Below, in pieces: positions 26,777 through 35,352 of a DNA stretch of 49,793 bases (within the stretch, counting starts at the first letter, position 1; each line of letters opens with the position of its first letter). The stretch covers positions 1 through 49,793 of the forward strand of contig JAOAPG010000327.1 in the NCBI GenBank assembly GCA_025462785.1, in the 5' to 3' direction. The DNA is from Acidobacteriaceae bacterium (GTDB lineage: Bacteria; Acidobacteriota; Terriglobia; Terriglobales; Acidobacteriaceae). Made by a program: the position numbers and the translations under genes. The notes beneath the pieces are model-generated. The model made no database searches and was not told the origin of the DNA. It saw nothing but the letters and a program-made list of their open reading frames with translations.

Positions 26777-26877
26777 AGTCCTTCACCATCGCCGTCAATG
26801 GCTGTGCTTACAACACCAACATTTCTTACTGCCGGGAGAACAAATTTAGACAATTTAGAAATCGCGGCTCGGCCAGC

Positions 26878-27072
26878 TCAATCGGATGGAACGATCGTCA
26901 CCATCACTTTTTGGCCAACAGTCCAACCCTGCTGGTTGGGCAGGCGCAGCTCGGCATATAAGGGCTCCGCCCCTTGTACGCATACAGTCACTCTCTCCTG
27001 GTGATCTGAGTAGAGGCCAGGACGGGAAATTTCACTTATGTTCCCCTGAAGCTTCACACTATTCACATTCAC
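26878..27072 (-). CDS. hypothetical small protein (64 aa)
   Basis: GTG start preceded by GAGGTGG. Lies between the PAS kinase and the release-factor-like gene. No family recognised. Confidence 0.45.
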   Translation of the reverse strand: MNVNSVKLQGNISEISRPGLYSDHQERVTVCVQGAEPLYAELRLPNQQGWTVGQKVMVTIVPSD

Positions 27073-27301
27073 TTCACCACCTCAACTTTCGCTTACTTCG
27101 GCGAACGCCCTTTCCGGATCGGCCCAATTTCTAGACGAGAAGAAACATACCCACCTCGATCAATTGAGCTTTTCTTGGTGAGACTCGATCTTAATTAGTG
27201 GATGGCCCTCCAACAATTCTTCAAGAGCATGAACAGGTACTATGCACTGCCGAATAGAAGAAGATGAAGCACGAGTCAAACACCGGGCTAGCACCATAGG
27301 G

Positions 27302-28507
27302 CTAGATACTCTCTGAAATTTTCCCGTGTCCGATATGTGATCTTCCCTTCCCAGAATCCCCCGCAAGAGTGGGCGGTAGAGGGACGAGGACTAAGACCTG
27401 CGTTCCTCGCCCGGGTTGACTGTGAACGAGAAGCTTTCCACCCAAACGCTCTGCGCGGTTGCGCATACCGAATAGGCCAAAGCCAGCTCGCCCCGTGGGC
27501 AGAGAAGTCGGCACGAATCCTTGACCATCATCGATTACACCCAAACGCATTTCCCCGGGCCGATAACTCAGCTCTACGCGCACGGTGGTAGCTCGCGCGT
27601 ACTTTAACGCATTGAGCAGTGCCTCCTTGCCCATCTGCACCAGCTCACGCCTCATTCCTGTCGAAAGGGGGCGTGGCTCTTTTTGGAGCCAGAGTTCCAC
27701 TTTGACCGGAGTTCCCTGAAAGAGTTGGTTGGCTAGAAACGACAAAGCGACAGATGGGTCAGCCTGCTCGAATGATTCACTACTCAGCGACCAGATTGCG
27801 CGCCGGACTTCTTTGATGCTGTTCCGAGCAACATTAAGCGCATGGCGAAGCCCCCCTAGAATCTGCGTTGACCCGCTGTCAACGTCGCATTCAGCGGCTT
27901 CCAAGTGAAGCACGACCCCATTTAAGCTCTGTAGCAGGGTGTCGTGAATCTCGGCGGCCATTCGCCCGCGTTCCTTCGATACTTCGTCATTATGACGCAT
28001 CAGGCTTCTTTGCTTGTACTCAGTGATGTCGATAAGCGTAGCAATCGAACCCGCGGCCCGACAGCCGGCAGGCTTGATAGGTGAAGCGCTGAATAAGATG
28101 TGTGAAGAACTGCTGTCGAGTCGTACCAATTGGCATTCTTTACGAATGACAGACTCTCCACGCATAGCTCTCACGAAGGGCCATTCTGAGACGGGAACAA
28201 AACGGTTCTCGAGATCAAGCATTTCACCCCAGATGGTCGGTGCTATGTCAAGCTTTTGGCCTTCTGGGTCTACTTGCGCCAACTGTTTTGCCGCCCAATT
28301 AGCAAACACGATTTTGCCTTGTGAGTCCGAAACGACGATGCCCTCTGATACACTTTGCAAGATGGCCCCAGAGATCGCGACCCAATCGGCGCCTGGAAAG
28401 TGTGTTACTGCACTCGCAAACGGAAACCGATTGGGCTCAACTGCAAGATACGCCTCGGGCAAAGACTGCTTGGTTTGTTGCGTTCGGGAGGAAGTTCTTG
28501 CCTTCAT
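27302..28507 (-). CDS. PAS-domain sensor histidine kinase (HisKA_3 / NarL-partner type)
   Basis: PAS-like segment ILQSVSEGIVVSDSQGKIVFANWAAKQL, H-box RMAAEIHDTLLQSL, and HATPase segment GFGLFGMRNRAERLGGKLLVHS. AAGGGAG is the RBS. Confidence 0.9.
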   Translation of the reverse strand: MKARTSSRTQQTKQSLPEAYLAVEPNRFPFASAVTHFPGADWVAISGAILQSVSEGIVVSDSQGKIVFANWAAKQLAQVDPEGQKLDIAPTIWGEMLDLENRFVPVSEWPFVRAMRGESVIRKECQLVRLDSSSSHILFSASPIKPAGCRAAGSIATLIDITEYKQRSLMRHNDEVSKERGRMAAEIHDTLLQSLNGVVLHLEAAECDVDSGSTQILGGLRHALNVARNSIKEVRRAIWSLSSESFEQADPSVALSFLANQLFQGTPVKVELWLQKEPRPLSTGMRRELVQMGKEALLNALKYARATTVRVELSYRPGEMRLGVIDDGQGFVPTSLPTGRAGFGLFGMRNRAERLGGKLLVHSQPGRGTQVLVLVPLPPTLAGDSGKGRSHIGHGKISESI

Positions 28508-28645
28508 GAATTACTCCCTTAGCCACACTGTCTTGAAATATCTTCAGCACTTCTAAGCAGTTGGCACAAATAGCATTCTGTCGCGATCGTTTTCAACCCA
28601 AAAAGTACGTTGGTTTCTGGTCCGAGATTTAACTTTGATTGAAAT

Positions 28646-29299
28646 TTAGGCCGCAGCGGTCACGTCCATGCGGACCAGTCCTCTTTTCGCGGCAATATTT
28701 ATCGCTTCTGTTCGGCCAGTAACTTTCAGTTTCTCCAGAATATGGGTAACGTGTACTTTGACCGTTGCCTCGCTGATTTCTAACGCTACTCCGATTTCTT
28801 TGTTGCTTTTTCCTGCCGCCACGGCACGTAGTACTTCCATCTCACGTCTGGTTAATTCCTGGTCACCTACCCGCTTAGCGAGTTTGGCGCCCACACCACT
28901 TGGGATCCAAGTCCTGCCAGCACTAACCTGTCGAATACATTCCACCAGCTCATCAACGGGAGCATCCTTGAGGAGGTAGCCTTGTGCACCGGCCCTCATA
29001 GCCCGGTAAATGTCTTCTTCACTTTGATAGCTTGTCAGGATGACAAGGTGTGCAGTAGGATCCTTTTCACAGATGGCAACCACGGCCTCGATACCATCCA
29101 TAGTGGGCATCCGAAGATCCATTAACGCGACGTCGGGACGTTCAGTGCAGAACTTATCTACAGCCTCACGACCGTTAGCCGCCTCGGCAACCACCCTCAT
29201 GTCAGTCCGGCGCTGAACCAAGGAGACCAGTCCCTCCCTCACTACTGGATGATCGTCGGCGACCAAGACTGTGATCGACTTTTGGGGGCTAGCGTTCAT
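28646..29299 (-). CDS. NarL/LuxR-family response regulator
   Basis: ITVLVADDHPVVREGL...DVALMDLRMP receiver plus LTRREMEVLRAVAAGKSNKEIGVALEISEATVKVHVTHILEKL HTH. Start chosen at MNASPQ (29299). The ORF is open to 29524, so the start is uncertain. Confidence 0.88.
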   Translation of the reverse strand: MNASPQKSITVLVADDHPVVREGLVSLVQRRTDMRVVAEAANGREAVDKFCTERPDVALMDLRMPTMDGIEAVVAICEKDPTAHLVILTSYQSEEDIYRAMRAGAQGYLLKDAPVDELVECIRQVSAGRTWIPSGVGAKLAKRVGDQELTRREMEVLRAVAAGKSNKEIGVALEISEATVKVHVTHILEKLKVTGRTEAINIAAKRGLVRMDVTAAA

Positions 29300-29740
29300 T
29301 TGGAGGACTCTCGCGGGGGAAACGTGGACGTCTGGGAGATTGAACTCGCCATATGACGGTATGGCAGTATGACTTCCAGGCAAAACGTCGTTTCGATCCA
29401 AAACACCCTGGATCTTGATTTCTGCAGCACTCTTTACGGATCTGCTGCGTGCTCCCACCAAATGTCTTCCGCCTCGGGGCCGACGATCAATGATTCTTTG
29501 GGTTGATAGCATGACACTCTCCATATGGTTTTTGGAAGTTCTGATCGTGATTATTTAAAGGAAGCTGAGTGGAGCAATTTCAGCGGAGCGATTTTCTCCG
29601 CCATTAATCGGTTAAGCGAGTCGTAGTGCCAGATAAGCTTGGTCCGCATTTGAGTTATATCAGCTGAGTTATCCATATCACCCTCGTTAGTCTGAATCTG
29701 TCACCAATCGGACACCCAAAAACTAAATTTGCGAATGCCG

Positions 29741-30445
29741 TTAACGCGGTGTTTTGGCGGCATCGGCAGGTCTGTTGTGCGTAGCTTCACTCTCACTTAG
29801 GGCTGCGTCCCGCATAGGAGAATTGATGCTCAAGGCCACGTTTTGGACATCGTCAATGACGCCCGACTTTCTGAAACGTTTCATAAGTATGTTGACCCGC
29901 TGCCGGGTGGTTCCAATCATGTCCGCCAATGTTTGCTGGGTGAGTTTCGGGACGTGCTCATCTTGGGTTTTCGCGGTCTGAGTAAGCAGGAGGAGCACAC
30001 GAGCGAGGCGTTCTTCGCCCGAACTTAACAGAACGTTAACCAGATCCTCCTGAATTTGTGAATTCCGCTTAAGCAGATAATCCACAAAGGAATAGCCAGT
30101 AACGCCTCCTGCTCGTACAGCACGGATCATTACCAGGCGATCGATTTTGATAGCGCGGACTGGCGTGAGAGCGATTGCAGTGTGAAAGCGGGAAGGTTGA
30201 TCTGATGAAATACAGCTCTCCCCCACAAGGTGCCCGGCGTTTAGAAGACCAATGATCGCTTCTCTTCCCTGTTCAGATATGACCGTGAGTTTAATGACGC
30301 CCTTTTCTATATAGAAGATCGAGTCGCTGCGGTCTCCATGGGAAAAGATCACCTGCTTCTTTGCGAAGTGAAGCGGCTTTTTGTCGATTCCCTCTTTCGC
30401 GAGGAGAGCATCAATATTGAAGGGACCGGACGATGTTGGACGCAT
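29741..30445 (-). CDS. Crp/Fnr-family transcriptional regulator
   Basis: cNMP-binding-like segment IFSHGDRSDSIFYIEKGVIKLTVISEQGREAIIGLL..GHLVGE and HTH segment LTQQTLADMIGTTRQRVNILMKRF. Confidence 0.9.
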   Translation of the reverse strand: MRPTSSGPFNIDALLAKEGIDKKPLHFAKKQVIFSHGDRSDSIFYIEKGVIKLTVISEQGREAIIGLLNAGHLVGESCISSDQPSRFHTAIALTPVRAIKIDRLVMIRAVRAGGVTGYSFVDYLLKRNSQIQEDLVNVLLSSGEERLARVLLLLTQTAKTQDEHVPKLTQQTLADMIGTTRQRVNILMKRFRKSGVIDDVQNVALSINSPMRDAALSESEATHNRPADAAKTPR

Positions 30446-30634
30446 TTTGCACTTCCCATCAATGGGCTAAATAATACGCCGACTTAGGGGAGTACGCTTC
30501 TGATACAAATTAATGCACTCATATGCACTTTCATACTCGTCGATACGTTCTGGGTAGTAACATTCGCAGGATACATCCGGAGCGAATGGCACCTGTATGA
30601 TGGTGCAAAGCGGAACTGAAAGAGTCGCCACTCA

Positions 30635-30937
30635 ATGAAGGACAGAACCAAAAAGCCAGCAGCTTATCATTTCCCTGCCGTTCCGCTTACAGCCGTCAGC
30701 GCTAACCGAAAGGGTAAGCACCGAAAAATAGTTTCCAACATCTTAAGTGACCTGGAGAGGCTCGACGAATTCAGCGCACTGAGGATAAACCTGGCGGAAG
30801 CGGGAGTGAAAAAAGCCGACCTTCGTTCAGCCATTCACCGGGCTGCGAAGAGTAGAAGAATCCCACTGCTCACAACTTCGGACGAGGCTCACCTGTATGT
30901 GTTTCATCGACCGGCAGCAAACAAGATGGGACGCTAA
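30635..30937 (+). CDS. hypothetical small basic protein
   Basis: 100-aa ORF with a weak RBS and no family recognised. Confidence 0.4.
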   Translation: MKDRTKKPAAYHFPAVPLTAVSANRKGKHRKIVSNILSDLERLDEFSALRINLAEAGVKKADLRSAIHRAAKSRRIPLLTTSDEAHLYVFHRPAANKMGR

Positions 30938-30958
30938 GGCTAGGTGTTCATGAGATGC

Positions 30959-31207
30959 TCATGACGCTGGAATTCCGGCGATCTTCAGAATTTTCCGTCG
31001 TAACTGCGGCGTCTCTATCAGCTCCAAAATGATTGCGTGCTGGAGACTGAGATCTTTCGCCAGCCTCGCGAATATCTTCCTCTGGAGCTTTGGCTTTCCA
31101 GCTATGCTCCGGAACACGTCGGACCGGAAAGCGGCATCCTGCTGAATTCGGCGTACGATGCGCTGAATCGTTTGTGTCTTCTTGAGTGAGATAACCTGAA
31201 AATGCAT
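30959..31207 (-). CDS. hypothetical small protein
   Basis: 82-aa ORF with no clear RBS and no family recognised. Confidence 0.3.
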   Translation of the reverse strand: MHFQVISLKKTQTIQRIVRRIQQDAAFRSDVFRSIAGKPKLQRKIFARLAKDLSLQHAIILELIETPQLRRKILKIAGIPAS

Positions 31208-31488
31208 GGCCGCCGGAGCTCTAGAGAAATACTCCTTTCCAAGCTTCTCATTTTTCGGATAAAGATTCGGCTTACCATGGTAATACTTTGTTCGGCGATC
31301 CTAGGTCTGCTGTCGTACAAATAGCTTCAACGCAAGAGCCATCACTTTCTAATCTTCCCTACCCAATTTGGACCTCGCCCAACTGAGAATTGTTATCGCG
31401 GAGTGCCGCCGTTACGCTAGACAAATAGCAGACAATAAAAAGGCAATTCGTACTCGGCACAACTTATAACCAGCTTTCCGGAGGGATC

Positions 31489-32220
31489 ATGTCAGCGCAA
31501 AGATCAAGTCAACTCTCAACTTCATCGCAAAGTTCTTCACCACAAACATCCAGGGGAGATCGGCGAAACCAACAGACTGCTTTGAGCCGTCAAAGCTCTC
31601 TGTCTTCTCTCCCTTCAGTTCTACTAAATCCTTTTGGCTTCTTCGACGACGATCCGTTTTCCGTGATCCGCAGAATGCAGCGAGAATTGAATCGAGCCTT
31701 CTCTCAAAGCGGCGCAACCAGTTCTTCGCGCGGGGATGATCTTAGCGATGTGGTATGGGTCCCACCCGTCGAAGTAGCAGTTCGTGATAACAATTTCGTT
31801 GTGTCTGCGGAATTACCGGGCCTCTCTGACGAGGACGTAACTGTTGAAATCAGAGACGACGCCATTGTGATTCAGGGCGAGCGCCAAGTTGAACAAGAAG
31901 AAGATCAAGGCGGCATCCGACGAACGGAACGCAGATACGGACGTTTTTATCGAGAGATCCCTTTACCTGATGGGGCCGATCCAGAGCAAGCCACGGCCGA
32001 GATCACGAATGGTGTCTTGCAGATTACCGTTCCCATCTCACAGGCTCAAACAAACACACGTCAAATTCCCGTACAGTCGACGACTTCGGCCCAGCCGGAT
32101 TCATCCCGTACCGGCGCTCAAACATCTTCAGCTTCGGGCTCGTCGCAATCAGCTTCGTCGCAATCGTCGGAGCAAAGGTCTTCATCAACTCAGGGTTCCT
32201 CAGGACAGAAAGCCGCCTGA
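31489..32220 (+). CDS. Hsp20/alpha-crystallin family small heat-shock protein with Ser/Gln-rich tails
   Basis: VWVPPVEVAVRDNNFVVSAELPGLSDEDVTVEIRDDAIVIQGER...RRYGRFYREIPLPDGADPEQATAEITNGVLQITVP. GGAGGG is the RBS. Confidence 0.9.
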   Translation: MSAQRSSQLSTSSQSSSPQTSRGDRRNQQTALSRQSSLSSLPSVLLNPFGFFDDDPFSVIRRMQRELNRAFSQSGATSSSRGDDLSDVVWVPPVEVAVRDNNFVVSAELPGLSDEDVTVEIRDDAIVIQGERQVEQEEDQGGIRRTERRYGRFYREIPLPDGADPEQATAEITNGVLQITVPISQAQTNTRQIPVQSTTSAQPDSSRTGAQTSSASGSSQSASSQSSEQRSSSTQGSSGQKAA

Positions 32221-32321
32221 GTTCGCTGCAGAACATGCACGTTCCTCCTATGCTCATTAGGAGGAACGTTGCACATTGCTGCATTTTTAATGGATGAGTC
32301 GGGGCAGGCATAAGCAAACAA

Positions 32322-33005
32322 ATGAAAGCTCACCGGGAGTCGCCGGCGATCTTGTTCGACTTGGATGGGACCCTGGTCGACAGTGTCTATCAACATGTTC
32401 TCGCGTGGCGACAGGCGCTGGAGTGTTGCGGCATAAAGCTGGCGGCATGGCGTATTCATCGCCGCATCGGAATGAGTGGAGGGTTGTTCGCAAGCGCGTT
32501 GCTGAGAGAGACGGGACGTCCAGTGTCGGCCGAGTTGGCGGAGGAATTGCAGCAGCGTCATGCCGAAGCGTATACGCAGCAGATCAGGGAGGTGCAGCCT
32601 CTTCCCGGCGCAAAGGATCTACTCGCGTTCTTGAACGAAGTCGGGGTTCCCTGGGCCATTGCTACCAGCGGCCGGGGGAAGTTCGCGCTGGAAACTATTC
32701 GTGTTCTTGAACTCGGCCGAGAAGTGCCACTTATCACCCGCGATCAAGTTCAGCACGCCAAACCTGATCCCGACCTGTTTCTAGCAGCAGCAGATCGTCT
32801 GGGAGTGGATTTTCGCACCTCGGTGGTGGTGGGAGACAGTGTTTGGGATTTGCTTGCGGCGCGGCGCGCGAATGCGCTTGGCGTGGGCTTGCTTTCAGGG
32901 GGCTATGGTCAAGACGAACTGGAGCGTGCGGGAGCTTACCGCGTCTACCAAGACCCTCTGGATTTTTTACAACATCTGGATGAGATCGGCATTCGTATCG
33001 AATAG
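32322..33005 (+). CDS. HAD-superfamily hydrolase (phosphoglycolate phosphatase-like)
   Basis: AILFDLDGTLVDS motif I, WAIATSG motif II, VVVGDSVWDLLAA motif IV. Confidence 0.85.
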   Translation: MKAHRESPAILFDLDGTLVDSVYQHVLAWRQALECCGIKLAAWRIHRRIGMSGGLFASALLRETGRPVSAELAEELQQRHAEAYTQQIREVQPLPGAKDLLAFLNEVGVPWAIATSGRGKFALETIRVLELGREVPLITRDQVQHAKPDPDLFLAAADRLGVDFRTSVVVGDSVWDLLAARRANALGVGLLSGGYGQDELERAGAYRVYQDPLDFLQHLDEIGIRIE

Positions 33006-33041
33006 CTTCAAATTAAACACGGGCATCAGGAGTTCTGCATC

Positions 33042-33545
33042 ATGGCAACCATTCCGAAAAACGCATCCCGGAAAGAGCACACTATTACGGTTGGCGACGT
33101 TTTCATCCGGAGTGACACACAGATACCTGACGGCCTTAGATTTGAATTTGAAGAGTTTGGCCGCTGGAAGAAACTTCTGCGGGTCGATTCCTACTCAATT
33201 GAAGTCTTAGCTCTTCGCGTGGGCTGGAGTTTCTCTTACGTCGCGCCCCAACAAGTGAAAGGCAACGCCTTTGGCTTCGGACTACAATCCGCGGCCAATG
33301 GCGCGCTGAATGACGTACTAAGGGCCGCTAGCCGCACAAGCTTTAACGCCCTGGAAATTACCCAGGTGATGCAGCACCGGGTCGTCGGTACCCACTACAT
33401 TCATATCCTTGCTCATCCGCGACAACTACGCCCTAATCCATATCTACGCAATCCTGATCCCTACTATTTCCCAAATCACACCCAAGATCCCGAACCGATT
33501 TTCCGAAGAGCAGCGGAAGTACAAAAGCAATTTACTGGAATCTAA
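33042..33545 (+). CDS. hypothetical protein
   Basis: 167-aa ORF with an AGGAG RBS and no family recognised. Confidence 0.55.
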   Translation: MATIPKNASRKEHTITVGDVFIRSDTQIPDGLRFEFEEFGRWKKLLRVDSYSIEVLALRVGWSFSYVAPQQVKGNAFGFGLQSAANGALNDVLRAASRTSFNALEITQVMQHRVVGTHYIHILAHPRQLRPNPYLRNPDPYYFPNHTQDPEPIFRRAAEVQKQFTGI

Positions 33546-33587
33546 TCGGAAGCTTAAGGAGCTCTGGGTTCCTGCTGGGAACAGGAT

Positions 33588-34436
33588 CTACGACGCCGCT
33601 TCCACCAGCTCAAGGAAGGCCCGAAAGTCTAATCGATCTAGCTCCAAAAATTGCCGCACTATAGGCGAAGAAGACTTTTCCATTTCCGCGACCGTGCCAA
33701 AAAAGATGACCTTTGCGTGATCGAGAAACACCACATGATCGGCAGTTTTGCGCATAAGCCTTGTATCGTGGGTTACCACGACGCCGGTTAGCTTTACTCG
33801 AAACTTGAGTTCGTCGATCAGATTGCCCAATGTGCGAGCCATCAAGGGATCCACCATGGTGGTGGGTTCATCGTAGAGCACTGCCTCCGGCTGTGCGGCC
33901 AACGCCCTCGCAATTGCCACGGAGCGTTTCATCCCAGTCGAGATCTCAGCGGGCAAACGATCTTTTATCGCTTTAGCTTTCACCATCTCTAGCACTCCAT
34001 CGACGATCAGATTGATCTGCTCCTCATCGAGATCACCTCTTTCGCGGAGCGGGAAGGCGACGTTTTCCGCGACGGTCAGAGAATCGAACAAAGCGCCATT
34101 TTGAAATACCATGGTTACTTTCTTATGTATGCGCTGCAGTTCTTCTTCTGAATAGTCGGTTATGTCTTCATAGGCGGTGATTACACGTCCGGAGTCGGGC
34201 TTGAGAAAGCCCATAATGATACGCAGACACACTGACTTGCCCACTCCGCTGCGGCCAAGTATGCAGACCGTTTCGCCAGGCATGACCCGAAAGCTTACGT
34301 CATCGAGAACCTGTTTGGACCCAAAGGAGATTGAAACGTGTCGGAACTCGAAATATGGCTGGTGAATACTTTGAATCTTGGAAGAGGGCTGAGTGCCACT
34401 GCACAACGGGACGGAAACACTTTGTTCGGAAACCAA
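33588..34436 (-). CDS. ABC transporter ATP-binding protein (MlaF-like)
   Basis: Walker A GRSGVGKSV, signature ISTGMKRSVAIARAL, Walker B VLYDEPTTMVDP. Apparent TTG start 10 nt after the upstream stop. Confidence 0.88.
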   Translation of the reverse strand: MVSEQSVSVPLCSGTQPSSKIQSIHQPYFEFRHVSISFGSKQVLDDVSFRVMPGETVCILGRSGVGKSVCLRIIMGFLKPDSGRVITAYEDITDYSEEELQRIHKKVTMVFQNGALFDSLTVAENVAFPLRERGDLDEEQINLIVDGVLEMVKAKAIKDRLPAEISTGMKRSVAIARALAAQPEAVLYDEPTTMVDPLMARTLGNLIDELKFRVKLTGVVVTHDTRLMRKTADHVVFLDHAKVIFFGTVAEMEKSSSPIVRQFLELDRLDFRAFLELVEAAS

Positions 34437-34446
34437 CGCTCACCCG

Positions 34447-35130
34447 TTACCACCTGATTCCAAATGTTACCGGAACCATTCGAGTCGGAATGCGTCCGGT
34501 GCTTGCATAGTGGTACCGCGCCTCGCTGAAAAACTTCAGACCGCTATCCCCGATCTTTATGTCGAAACCGGCACCAGCACTGCCGCCTATGCCACCTCGA
34601 GTAATGTCGCCGAGAACTTGATTGGCCAAAACTAGCGTGTTATAGAACGTCCCAAAGAAAGGATCGAAGAAGAACACCGGTACTATGGCCGGTCTTGTGA
34701 ACTCGACAGTGCGCCGATAGTAGCCCACGCCGCCCACGAGGTAGGGATCTAACTTGCTGATAGGCATCAGCCGCAGCTTGGGATTCGCAGTGATGGACCA
34801 CATGTGAGAGTTGCCGGCAGGCACCTGTGCTTCTTCCAGAGTCCTTCTGCTCACTCCATAACCGTTGTACATGTACTCTACAGTCCCGCTGAAGTGCGAG
34901 GTGAAGTTATACCCGCCACCCACAACAATGTTCCACCCATTATTCAAGCGTGAGCTAATGTCACCGACCAATGGCGAATATCCACCTCCCACATCGAACG
35001 TGAATTTGTGGTCGTCTTGAGCGTTGCTGTTTGAGGCTGCTACCACCACAATCAGAACGACAATAGACATTCTTATCGCTATTGAGCGCCAAAGTGTAAT
35101 TTCCCGAGCTGAGCCTTTAAGAGTACCCAT
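34447..35130 (-). CDS. outer-membrane beta-barrel protein
   Basis: Signal-like MSIVVLIVVVAASNSNAQDD, alternating Gly/aromatic beta-strand pattern, and a terminal ...VTFGIRW aromatic residue. The start is uncertain (35130 or 35070). Confidence 0.7.
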   Translation of the reverse strand: MGTLKGSAREITLWRSIAIRMSIVVLIVVVAASNSNAQDDHKFTFDVGGGYSPLVGDISSRLNNGWNIVVGGGYNFTSHFSGTVEYMYNGYGVSRRTLEEAQVPAGNSHMWSITANPKLRLMPISKLDPYLVGGVGYYRRTVEFTRPAIVPVFFFDPFFGTFYNTLVLANQVLGDITRGGIGGSAGAGFDIKIGDSGLKFFSEARYHYASTGRIPTRMVPVTFGIRW

Positions 35131-35352
35131 TGTGTGTTGGCAGTGAGAGCTCATTACCTTCCTCTTGCAGACACGGTTGTCAGTTTCTCGGATGCTAGAC
35201 GCCGCCCGAGCCCGAAACAATTGCTCAAGGGACTGAGACCGAATTCCGAAAGCGCTCCTAGAAGCGGACTCCCTTCGAGTGACAGGCATGTTTACGACTT
35301 ACGCAGTAGAGCCACAGAGGAAAGATTTTGCTACGGTAAAAAGTCTCCTTCC

